Assembly (NCBI RefSeq): GCF_000315625.1
Contig: NW_005434643.1
Coordinates: 466,190-530,189, forward strand
Reading direction: 5' to 3'
Source of the DNA: Guillardia theta CCMP2712
Taxonomy: Eukaryota; Protista; Cryptophyta
Length of the DNA stretch: 64,000 bases
The notes beneath the pieces were generated by a model that made no database searches, was not told the origin of the DNA, and was given only the letters and a program-made list of their open reading frames with translations. This document shows positions 33,654 through 45,676 of the stretch, one piece after another. The position numbers and the translations under genes were made by a program. Every line of letters starts with the position of its first letter. Position 1 is the stretch's first letter.

Positions 33654-36572
33654 TCATACGTGGCTTTGCAACAAGAGCTGACCCAGTGTAAAATGTGCTC
33701 TGCAACACTTATGGAACTTTCCCTTCTGGTCTTGCTTGAACGATGGGCCGTTTGCGCTGTTACATGGGCAGCGAAAATCGTTGGAATCTGACCCAGATGC
33801 AGATCCTTCATCCGAGGGTACCAACTTTTTTTTTGATTTTGCGATGTAGTTGTTGGCCAAAATCAATGCTCGCTGATAGGATGGACGGCCCTGCAACCTA
33901 TGACGAAGCTCGATGCAAGACATGTTGAGCAGTCCAATTTCAACTCCATATTTCTCGTAGAGATATGTGAACTGGTCTCCTACATGTCCAGACACCATTG
34001 AATGCAAGTAGAACGACTGAAGAAGTTTTGCTTGTCCAACCAAACGAATCAACCTGTACGCAAAGCTTCTAATCTGTATGGGCAAATTCTTCGCTTGATC
34101 CTGACTCATCTTCGCAAAGTGCTGCGTCTGTAATAGAAAAAGAATATCTCGTAGCTGCTCAATTGCCTCATCCCACATTTTCAATTTCTCTTCGTCTTGA
34201 CATATGATTCGAATAACTTCAGGCAATACTCGAATCAAATCATTGCATTGATCGCCATCTAGCTGTGTTCGAAATTCTTGTAACCTTTTTTCACTTAATT
34301 GAATGTGTACGCCATTCATTTCAAATACCTGGTTGATGTATGACAGCTTCCTCTTGTTGTCAGCCACAGAATGAATAAATTTGATAATCGTATTGCAAAT
34401 TCGCATCTTCAAGTGTAATGAGCAGTAGATAAAATCCATCGCGGTCAACTTCAAGGGTCGCAGTTCTTCATATTGCCTGCATATCGGGATGTATCTTTGA
34501 ACTGCTATTTTTGTCCCTGTAGGAATTAAATCATCTGGAAACGCCATGCAGTTGTCAATGACCTGCCGGTTGTGATCTGTTTTGAGCTGGTCATATTCTG
34601 CCTTACTGCAGGAATCGAAGAGTTCATGAAATCCTGGACCTTCTCTGACCAATAGATTCAAGTCGCGCATGTCCTTAGGAACAACTTGGTACTCGTTGCA
34701 AATACCATCCCAGGTAAACCTTTCTTCAGCTGAGACAGTGTGAACAGCAAAAAACTTAGCAGATTTCTTGCTATGAAGCTTCTCCTTGCAGTGAATGCAA
34801 AATTCACCATCGCTATCGTGCGGTCCACCTCGCTGCAGATAAGCGTAATGTCCCGCCAAGTCTGCTCGAAAAAGAAACTCAATGCCTATCTTGTTTGAAG
34901 CATTGCCGCCGGCTTTTGACTTGTCCGCTCCGTACATAGCCTTCCCGTCGTGAATATGCACCCCTTCTGTCTGCAAATCTTGGATCTCCTCAGTGTAATA
35001 ATGCCAAAAGTTTCTTTCTAAATTTTCACCGCTGTCCTTGTCGGGAATAATCATCAAAGTCACAAGCCTTGGTGCAAATCGCATCCTGGTTTCATGCACA
35101 CTGATCCATTCGGCAGAATTCTGCTTGGTATGGTACGGCAAAATACTGATGGTAATCTCGGTATGTTTTTTGTCACTGCTTGAGCATTTTGTCAATTTTG
35201 TACAATCGCTGTTGACGGTTACAATCAACTTGTCATACTTTCCAAGGTTCAATCGGTCTATCACTTTTTCAATAGTCCTTCGCAGCGAAGCACCGTGTGC
35301 TCCTTCCTCCGTGCAAAACACCTCCAATTCTTCATGCAGATTGTTTGTCATTGTGACGCGTGTTCGACAAATCTTCCGTACGGGAGTCGCACAATGCGTG
35401 CTAGTCCTGGGAGATAATTTCATGATTGCCACATATTTCTTCAAAGCTACATTCGAAACTGTCAAACCAATGCTGCCCTCAACTTCATCCGCCAAGAAGA
35501 GCTTTGTAATATACCTCAATGCATACTGCAAGTCTTCGTCCGACCGGAGCTCTCTCCTCAAGAATTCTTTGATTCGAGGGTTCTTCATTGTTCCTATGAC
35601 AAACTTTGCCAAGGGACTCTTGGGCTGCTTTCTCCGCCTGGGCTTGGAACCTAAATTTGAGCCAGAAGCTACCACCGTGACTGGCGGATTGCAGTGGTTT
35701 GTTCCATGATCGTGAGAGGTTGGCCCTTCATGCTCACTTGCATGTGAAGGTGAATGACTTCCACAGGTTTCAATGATCGGCATTTCTTCTGAACCACCCT
35801 CGATGCCTACATTTGAACGACACGGCGAAGTACGAGGGGGCCCACTCTCACAAGAAGCTAAAGTCGAATGATTGCAAGGAATAACTGTTGCCTGAGAAGA
35901 AGCCACCATGCCAAAATCCTGAGCAGGTAATTCCAGAGTCATCTCTTCATGTCCATCGTCATCAACCATGGCATGATCATCCATATCACTGGCAGGATCA
36001 AATTCAGGAAACAGATATGGAAAGTGTTCCAACTTCTTATCATCCCCGCTCTTTTCTATCCCAAAGGCTTGGCCAATCAGAGAAACAAAGAGTTTTCGGC
36101 AAGGAGCCATGTGATGCTGAATCTTTTCAAGGACCCTGCTCCTGAAATTCAAATCTTTGATTCCATGAAAAGACGCAGGAAAGTCTGTAATATCGGGCAT
36201 AACTTCCTGGCAGTAATCTAAAAATCGCCTTGTACTTCGAGGTATCTTATCTTCAGGTCTGCGTGCGAAGGAATTCAAATACGCAGTCACATTAGGTTGC
36301 CCCGCCTTCTTTCCAGAGGAATAAACAAAGTCTTCTTCTTTCGCCACTCGTTCTAGAGCCAACGCAGCTTCAACGCAGACCCTGAAATGGCGAAAGCGGC
36401 CGTCTTCCTTGGTGGCATCATCATGCAACTCATCACTACTTTGTCTACATGATGCCTCGCTACTACACGCACCAGGGCTTTCATCGCAAGGTATGACCGG
36501 TATGCTCACTTCTTCATCTCGTACACTTTCAAATTGAGGTCCTAGATTCCTCAAAATGTCAAGATATGACAT
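33654..36572 (-). CDS. Intronless 972-aa RAG1/Transib/Chapaev-like DDE transposase
   Basis: VNSD456; FRAD571; C592IHC595; C717SLH720; YLH857SMVSGH863; IGLLNMSCIE888. The order and approximate spacing match RAG1 D600, D708, C727/C730, H795, H937/H942, E962. Confidence 0.85.
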   Translation of the reverse strand: MSYLDILRNLGPQFESVRDEEVSIPVIPCDESPGACSSEASCRQSSDELHDDATKEDGRFRHFRVCVEAALALERVAKEEDFVYSSGKKAGQPNVTAYLNSFARRPEDKIPRSTRRFLDYCQEVMPDITDFPASFHGIKDLNFRSRVLEKIQHHMAPCRKLFVSLIGQAFGIEKSGDDKKLEHFPYLFPEFDPASDMDDHAMVDDDGHEEMTLELPAQDFGMVASSQATVIPCNHSTLASCESGPPRTSPCRSNVGIEGGSEEMPIIETCGSHSPSHASEHEGPTSHDHGTNHCNPPVTVVASGSNLGSKPRRRKQPKSPLAKFVIGTMKNPRIKEFLRRELRSDEDLQYALRYITKLFLADEVEGSIGLTVSNVALKKYVAIMKLSPRTSTHCATPVRKICRTRVTMTNNLHEELEVFCTEEGAHGASLRRTIEKVIDRLNLGKYDKLIVTVNSDCTKLTKCSSSDKKHTEITISILPYHTKQNSAEWISVHETRMRFAPRLVTLMIIPDKDSGENLERNFWHYYTEEIQDLQTEGVHIHDGKAMYGADKSKAGGNASNKIGIEFLFRADLAGHYAYLQRGGPHDSDGEFCIHCKEKLHSKKSAKFFAVHTVSAEERFTWDGICNEYQVVPKDMRDLNLLVREGPGFHELFDSCSKAEYDQLKTDHNRQVIDNCMAFPDDLIPTGTKIAVQRYIPICRQYEELRPLKLTAMDFIYCSLHLKMRICNTIIKFIHSVADNKRKLSYINQVFEMNGVHIQLSEKRLQEFRTQLDGDQCNDLIRVLPEVIRIICQDEEKLKMWDEAIEQLRDILFLLQTQHFAKMSQDQAKNLPIQIRSFAYRLIRLVGQAKLLQSFYLHSMVSGHVGDQFTYLYEKYGVEIGLLNMSCIELRHRLQGRPSYQRALILANNYIAKSKKKLVPSDEGSASGSDSNDFRCPCNSANGPSFKQDQKGKFHKCCRAHFTLGQLLLQSHV

Positions 36573-37504
36573 GTTATGCTATCCTAGTTTTCAAATTTAT
36601 AGATTGTGGATTTGAACACAGGAGCGTGTCAGAGGCACGCCGCGGATTCTGTGTTCTGCTTTTATAGTGGGGGCGGGGGGAACACCAAGGACCCAGATCA
36701 GGGGGTAGGGTAGTGATGAATTCGAACAGCAGTACCACATTGACTTCGATTTGTACCCAGTCCAAAGTCTCCGATACAAAATATAGTAGCATATGTATAC
36801 TTAAAATTACATCCATTAACAACGTTTGAATGATTTAGGTATAGATTTCCAAATTTCAAATTACCCTACCCCTTATTACTAGATTGTTTTGGTAAATATG
36901 GGGGTATAGTGTTTCAGAATTTCAAACTGGTTGCCACTTTCAGGATTATTACTCGAATGATGTTTTCTTACAAGATATTTTAGACTGTACTCTGTCATGT
37001 TTGATTATAATATACCATATTGTTATACACACCCATACAGCATGACCATAGCTATGCAAACCAACAGCGTGCCCCCTTGCACGGGGCACGTCGCACCGCT
37101 CTGTACTGTCCTAACCATGGCTCGCAAACAGCGAGTGTGCAGAACAGATGTTCACCGAACATACTCAGAGGAAATTCCTGATGTGTAGAGGTGATGAGCC
37201 TGGAGGAGTGCTTCGTACAGTTCGTGAATCTCACGAAAAATCATTTGGTAAGCGAAGAGCATCAACAATACAAGTGAAAACCACCATCACGAGGATACAT
37301 TGCAATCGAAACCGAGGCGTGATATACCCTAAGCTAACTGCGATGCATGACAGGGAAACTGAGCTGGAGTAGATGGATGGAGGTTACACTGAAGACAACA
37401 GGGAATTATCATCAGATGGTGACTGGATTGTTCAAAAGCTGTACGGTCACCTGTGAGCTCAAGAACACATGTCTGCACACCTATGTCTGATAGGTTCGCA
37501 AGCA

Positions 37505-39072
37505 ATACAGTGCATTTTAACCGTGAGCAGCTCGATTGCTTGAAACAATGATGATCAAGCAAGTCCCGTGGTCCTGATCGGGATTATTCATCCAAGTTTT
37601 CAGAGATGTGTTAGAACGATGAAACATTTTGCAAATCACCAAGGCCTGTGTCATTTCATCACATGATGCATCATGTAAATGTTACTGGTGTGACTCGCAT
37701 CAGAATGTGTTCACCAACGATTTGTTGCCAAGCAGATGATGTCAGAGCAAACATGAGCACTTTGGAAGATGCTGATATTCCAGGCCGTAGAGCATTTATG
37801 ATGTGGCCACATGTCACATGCTTCTTGATTAACACAGATGCACATCCGACAGGCAAAAGATGGAACGTCGCCAGGATTACAGGGAGGTCGGTTGTACTTG
37901 TACCCTGATTGCAACTCTTCTAATAAAGATGTGTTAACCTGGATGTGCAATTCTGTTTATTGATTCACAGCGTTTGTATGTGTAGCGTTTGCGATTCATT
38001 TACAATCGTCGAGTGCTTGCTCTGTATAACAAGGAAATCCACTGTAAAGCCATGCGACAAGAAGTCTACAGTTGCACAGTAGCATCATGCATTGTGAACT
38101 GACAAAACCAGACAGGATTGATTCGAAGAACATCTCATTTATTGATACGCACAAAGGCATCATCTGCACATTGTTTCATTTCTGACTAGGTTTCTGTGCC
38201 ATCGAAAGCGTTGTGGAAATATCATGACAGATGAAAAATCTGAAGCGCAGAAAACTCATCCAACGTCCTGAAACATGGAAATGCAGCTATCAATGCACTT
38301 GATCATGGATATAGTTATTCATGATCAACAGCAGATCTCTACAGTCATCTATGCGGGCAGGAAAAGTCATGCTCTGTGCAAACGTATCTTCACGGTGAAC
38401 GGTTGAGTGCATGTAACCCTTGCCTCCACAATGATAGAAAAGTAAAGTGCATGAATCCTGACCGTAACACTAGAGGAATTGAAAGTGAGTGATGACATGA
38501 GGAAACATTTCCAAACAGAAAAGTCACATAAAGAAAAGCTGGATCTAAAGTTCTCACAAATCATGCATTTGAGCGCAACGTGCAACCCACGGCAATTTGA
38601 ACGGAAGGTCGATCAGAGTTGCTTCTGTTCAATGGTGTACCCATTCTCAGTTCCTTACCTGATCATAAAGATTTCATCTTGTCTTCGAAGCATATTTGCA
38701 AGTACATCCGCGGATTGCTTGAACCAAGGGCACATATTCCATTACTGCATGGATGATTCAAACATTGGCCCAACCTGCAGAGTTGAGAAAGAAGCTCGAT
38801 CATCTCTTACAGGGATGATATGAGATCTTCATCTCATTCCTATCTCAGTTGGGTTGGATTCGAAGTCTCTCAATGTCAAGGTTCATCCTCGCGAGTCAGG
38901 AAGGCACCATTTCATCGCTTCTTGCTCGTCCAGGGAGAGAGGGCTTGGGGAATGAGAAAAGGGGGCTACCCCCTACCCCCTATTTCAGAGTTTCAAACTC
39001 TTTCAAAGGTGGGTAGTTGAGGGTGCTCCATGTCCACCCCACCCCCCAACCATAGTCAAACGGAGGGGTTCT
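37505..39072 (-). repeat. Left arm of a ~1.55-kb diverged inverted repeat
   Basis: Its reverse complement aligns by eye with 39693-41228 throughout, with substitutions and small indels. Confidence 0.9.
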
Positions 39073-39277
39073 GAGAGGTCGAGGTTCCGACCAGTTCGGC
39101 CCTCGTTTTGTACCATGTAAACGCTTCAATTTTAAGTTAGTACCACAGATACTTCTAAAATTCGTACTTTTACATTGGTTTGGCGTGGTGAGGTGTCCAA
39201 GCAACCAAAATTCAAATCACCCTACCCCTCATTTGCCCTGCGCAGCAACGATTTTTCTGAGAGCTAGTACCCTCCCC

Positions 39278-39361
39278 CGCGGTGAGGGTGGTAGATTCAA
39301 ATCCACGCATACCACGCCTCATGTGGGGGCGGGGTGGGTCTTCCGACCGTGTTCCGAATTC
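39278..39361 (+). repeat. 84-bp direct repeat, right copy
   Basis: Identical to 31990-32073; lies in the spacer of the inverted repeat. Confidence 0.95.
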
Positions 39362-39692
39362 CTATGAGCGCCCGGCCGGAAAAGCAACGCTATGGGTCAC
39401 GGCCGCCCGGAGAGATCAGGCCCCCGGCCCGAACCATGTGACTTTGGTACTCTTTTGGTACCATTCGGGGTTCTCCCCTATGTATTGTACACATCCGGTA
39501 CAAGTATAACCCCACTCCCATGAAAAATCTTCAAGCATGCTGGTGAATTGCTTCATCCCTTGAACCTGGGGCCTGTCCGATCAAATCATATGGGCATACA
39601 TAAGAAAACTGCAAGCCTGTATGTGGGGTCGGCCTGAACCATCTTGAATTCAAATGAGAGGGGGTGATGGAGGCGGGATTCCTTCGGATCCG

Positions 39693-41228
39693 AGAACCCC
39701 TCCGTTTGAGTCATTTTGGGTGGTGGGGTGGGTATGGAGCACCCTCAACTACCCACCTTTGAAACAGTTTGAAACTCTACAATAGGGGGTGGGGGTAACA
39801 CCCATTTCTCATTCCCCAAGCCCCCTCTCCCTGGACGAGCAAGAAGCGATGAAATGGTGCCTTCCTGACTCACCAGGATGAACTTTGATATTGAGAGACT
39901 TCGAATCCAACCCAACTGAGATAGAAATGAGATGAAGATCTCATATCATACCTGTAAGAGATGATCGAGCTTCTTTCTCAACTCTACAGGTTGGGCCAAG
40001 GTTTGAATCATCCATCCTGCAATGGAATATGCACCCTAGGTTCAAACAATCCGCGGGTGTACTTGCAAATATTCTTCGAAGACAAGATGAAATTTTTATG
40101 ATCAGGTAAGGAATTGATAATCGATACACCATTGAACAGAATCAACTCTGATTGACCCTTTATTCAAATTGCCGTAGGTTGCACGTTGCGCTCAAATGCA
40201 TGACTGTGATTTGTGAGAAATTTGTATCCAGCTGTACCTTGAGCGACTTTTCTGTCTAGATATGTGTTCTCATGTCATCACTTGCTTTCAATTCTTCTAG
40301 TCTTACAGTCAGGATTCATGCACTTCACCTTTCTATGGAGGCAAGTCTTACATGCACTCAACCGTTCAACGATACATGAAGAGACGTTTGCACAGAAGAT
40401 GACTGTTCCTGCCCGCATAGATGACTGTAGAGAACCGTTGTTGATCATGAATCACTATATCTATGATCATATTTCGATGATTTTTCCGTTTCGCTTCAAA
40501 TTTTTCCTCTGTCATGATATTTTCACAAGGATTTCGATTGCACAGAAACCTAGTCAGAAATGAAGCAATGTGCAGATAATGCCTTTGCGTATCAATAAAT
40601 GAGACGTTCATCGGATCAATCCTGTCTTGGTGTCGCAATGCTACCGTGCAACTGTAGTGTTCTTGTCGCATGGCTCTACAGAAGAGTGCCTTGTTCAACA
40701 GAGCAAGCACTCGATGATTGCAATCGAGTCGCAAACACTGTGAATCAACAAACAGAATTGCACATTCAGGTTATCATATCTTTATTAGAAGAGTTACAAT
40801 CAGGGTACAAGCACAACCGACCTCCCTGTAATCCTGAAGACGTTCCATCTTTTGCCTGGCGAGGGTGTATCTGCGTTAACCAAGAAGCATGTGACATGTG
40901 GCCACATCTTGAATGCTCTACGGTCAGGAATATCAACATCTTCAAAACGGCTCTCTTGTTTGCTGTGACATCAACTGCTTGGTAGCGGCTCATCCGATGA
41001 ACAGAATCTGATGCAAGTTCACACCAGTAATATTTACATGATGCATCAGTCAGTGTGATGAAATTGGTGATTTGCAAAATGTTTCATCGTTCCAACACAT
41101 CCTTAAGAATTGGATGAAGAATCCTTCACGAACCACGGGACTTACTTGTCATCATTCGATTGTACTGAGGATCATCTTTGTTTCATGCATCGAGCTGCTC
41201 CGACCGTGACTGCTAAAATGCGCTGTAT
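39693..41228 (+). repeat. Right arm of the inverted repeat (possible decayed spliced gene)
   Basis: Matches the left arm; has GT..AG segments, and in-frame stops at positions that differ between the arms. Confidence 0.9.
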
Positions 41229-41848
41229 CTGTTCATTTAGAACTTTCCGTTGAGCTTTTCCTTCAGTTTTGCATGTTCTTCCATGCAGTGAGATGACCAT
41301 GTCAATATTTTGCCTAGACCTGATCGACTCCCGAGTCCTGAACTTATCTTTGTTTGTGCCCATTTCATGTCACAACCTTTTCACATCGGGACAGTTCTGC
41401 GATGTGTCGAAAACCCCTTCGTATGCAGCCATTGTCTCGAGAGTTTTGTATGCTGGGCGGCTTACTGGTACGACTCCTGGATACCGGTTTGTAATATTGG
41501 TTGGGCACTTGCCAAAGTCTTCACCCGTTCATCAATCTCATACAAGTTGCCAAAGGCTGCAAATCATTCCAACCTGCATCAAGAACACGTCATTTGGATC
41601 TCTTCCCGTGATAATTTCGATGAAAAAAAGAGATAATGCTCACCTGACTTGTCTTGCTCTGTCAAACGCTGCACATCCTCATATCTGTACGGCTTCGCAG
41701 AGTTCACAGTGGCGGGAAACTTTCAACATTGATATTTTTTATTTTGATATTTGATATCGTATTGGCGATGCATCATGATTGAGCTTCGGAGGGCCAGCCA
41801 CGCCTGTGAAGGCCATAATGGCCATCAAAGCTGACTTGCGATGGCATG

Positions 41849-42616
41849 GGAGCGTGACACACAAAGATTTCAGGCCGCAGGAGCGTGACACACAATGATT
41901 TCAGGCTGAACACCCCCTCAATTTTCAAGTTGTTCCATGTAGGTTGGACTTGCTCCAAACTATATGGAACAACTTGAAAATTGGAGGAGCGTGACACACA
42001 ATGATTTCAGGCCGCAGGAGCGTGACACACAATGATTTCAGGCCGAACACCTCCTCAATTTTCAAGTTGTTCCATGTAGGTTGGACTTGCTCCAAACTAT
42101 ATGGAACAACTTGAAACTTGGACTCCGGGAGCGTGACACACAATGATTTCAGGCTGAACACCCCCTCAATTTTCAAGTTGTTCCATGTAGGTTGGACTTG
42201 CTCCAAACTATATGGAACAACTTGAAAATTGGAGGAGCGTGACACACAATGATTTCAGGCCGCAGGAGCGTGACACACAACTTTTTTCAAGTTGTTCCAT
42301 GTAGGTTGGACTTGCTCCAAACTATATGGAACAACTTGAAACTTGGACTCCGGGAGCGTGACACACAATGATTTCAGGCCGAACACCTCCTCAATTTTCA
42401 AGTTGTTCCATGTAGGTTGGACTTGCTCCAAACTATATGGAACAACTTGAAAATTGGAGGAGCGTGAGGAGCGTGACACACAATGATTTCAGGCCGAACA
42501 CCTCCTCAATTTTCAAGTTGTTCCATGTAGGTTGGACTTGCTCCAAACTATATGGAACAACTTGAAACTTGGACTCCGGGAGCGTGACACACAAAGATTT
42601 CAGGCCGAACACCCCC
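41849..42616. repeat. Modular tandem array with six ~65-nt palindromic hairpins
   Basis: Module A ggagcgtgacacacaatgatttcaggc alternates with module B caattttcaagttgttccat-gtaggttgga-cttgc-tccaaactat-atggaacaacttgaaaattg; two half-copies resume at 43608-43677. Confidence 0.95.
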
Positions 42617-43607
42617 GGCTAATATTGGAATCAATTCCTGACTCCTAGAGTCTGTGCACAGATGAATGACTAGTAGAACAGCTCAACAGCTGACTGATAA
42701 GCCAAAGACCAAGACTCACAGATGGCCTTGCGCACGAAGACACCAATGACTTTCACAGCCAACCAAACACCTCAGATAACTCAGATCAACTTCCCAACAA
42801 TCTCCAGCACTTTATTCCCAACACTCGTAGCAGCAAGACCAACCAAACAGCTTCCCTTCACACACCACCGCCTTACTTCCACCACTGTACGAGTGCTGCC
42901 TCTTCGACAGCCGGCGCCTCTTGATTCCTCCGGCGCCGCCTCAGCTTCAAGTCCCCAGGAGTCCAACCAACCGGATCTTCTAAGTCACAGACTAAGCTCC
43001 AGCCCACTAGGCTAGTAGCTTGGACCTGCAGGCTTCACTTGGTTCACAACCTGATTAGACGCATCCCTTGAACTTATCGCGTCTGAAAGAACTTCTGAGA
43101 GGTTTGTCAGAACCTGAGTTCTTACAGCTAATCGAATCAACCTCCACCTCACTGGCCAGACCGACGAGTCTATTTAACCCGATCCACCAAACACTATCTC
43201 TCAGTACACCTGAGATCCTTACCCCAACCTTATTCACCTCAACGATACACAGCTGTGCAGCCTGGTCTCTAACACCTTCACTGATGATGATAGAACTCTC
43301 AGAAGAACCACACAACACCACCAACACTTCCTTTATTCACAGCAGTCACCTCCCCTTCAGTCGGCCTTGCAACCGTGACTCCAGTGACGGCAAGTACAAT
43401 GCACAGCGCCCTGGACACGTGTCCTCCTCACCCCCTTTTCACTGCCAGACCCTCAGGCTCGTCGATTCCTTAATTCCACTGAGACCTATGTCAAAGCCCC
43501 GTGACTTCCATCTGAGTCGCTGACTCTGTGAGCTTCGTCTACCGATGAGACGCAATACCCTGAACTTCTCGCCGTCTCCAAGAACTTATCGGCGGCGAGT
43601 TCTTACA
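42617..43607. mobile_element. ~1-kb insertion into the hairpin array; diverged head-to-tail dimer
   Basis: The array breaks at acaccccc and resumes at acaccccc. Two ~490-bp units each start gctaat..gaatcaa and end gagttcttaca. Confidence 0.6.
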
Positions 43608-43795
43608 CCCCCTCAATTTTCAAGTTGTTCCATGTAGATTTCAGGCCGAACACCCCCTCAATTTTCAAGTTGTTCCACAGTGAAATATTTTTTGTGGCCC
43701 TGAATCATTTCGCCGGGGCGCACTGAGTGTTCCAAGTTCCGGCTGAAGCCTGGCACTGCCGCATGCGGCCATGTTATGTTAAGTTATGTTGACCT

Positions 43796-44488
43796 CCGAC
43801 TGTTCAAGTTGTGTCTGACACCGTGACTCAGCGGCTACCGTAGTACCCGGGGCCGCCCCGGCGCTGCCAGGGCAAGCAGGCACCGTGACGGTTCCAAGGC
43901 CGAGTCACTGTCGGAGCCTCCGCCGGGCGGCGGCGGCCGGGCGGCCAGCCCGATCATATCAGATAGCCCCGCGGGGCTGAGTTAATTGAACACAGGCTGA
44001 AAACTCAACTTGCAAGGTCCGACCGCCGCCCGGCCGGGCGAGCCGGACCGTCTCCGGGACCTCTGAGCGGCTTCAAGGCTACTACCCGACTGTTCAAGTT
44101 GTGTCTGACACCGTGACTCAGCGGCTACCGTAGTACCCGGGGCCGCCCCGGCGCTGGCAAGCAGGCACCGTGACGGTTCCAAGGCCGAGTCACTGAGTCA
44201 GCGCCGGGCTGGCGCGGCACTGCTCACTGGCGGCCGCTGACCCCGTGACTGCCAGGCTCGGGCTGGCCGCCCGGCCGCCGCCGCCCGGCGGAGGCTCAGT
44301 GAGACGGTCCCGGCGACCGTCGGCACTGTGATTAATGCCGGGATCAGCATGCCAGCCATGCGGCCAGTCCCGGCGATCAGATAGCCCCGCTGAGTTAATT
44401 GAACACAGGCTGAAAACTCAAGGTCCGACCGCCGCCCGGCCGGGCGAGCCGGACCGTCTCCGGGACCTCTGAGCGGCTTCAAGGCTAC
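43796..44488 (+). repeat. GC-rich tandem duplication (A-B-A-B)
   Basis: ccgactgttcaagttgtgtctgacaccgtgactcagc at 43796 and 44086; ctgagttaattgaacacaggctgaaaactcaa...ttcaaggctac at ~43977 and ~44390. Confidence 0.9.
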
Positions 44489-44519
44489 CGTAGCCGGTGA
44501 GTCAACCGTTGAACGGTGA

Positions 44520-45676
<1,157 letters not shown>

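Larger units (their letters stand above)
31990..43682. mobile_element. Putative composite RAG1/Transib/Chapaev-like DNA transposon region; true termini not identified
   Basis: AT-richer segment without microsatellites. Contains an intronless DDE ORF, a convergent partner ORF, direct and inverted repeats and a hairpin array. No TIR/TSD pair confirmed. Confidence 0.6.

Noticed and set aside
41773-42479. Repetitive ORFs (FQVVPYSLEQVQPTWNNLK)
   Set aside because: By-product of the palindromic DNA array; non-ATG starts
41849-42616. CRISPR array
   Set aside because: The spacers are repeated rather than unique, there are no cas genes, and the context is eukaryotic
41705-43682. CACAGTG heptamers at 41705 and 43676 as RSS/Transib termini
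   Set aside because: The flanks (gagtt / aaata) give no TSD, there is no correctly spaced nonamer, and the 7-mer also occurs elsewhere (~15088, 44704, 47162). Kept only as a weak hint
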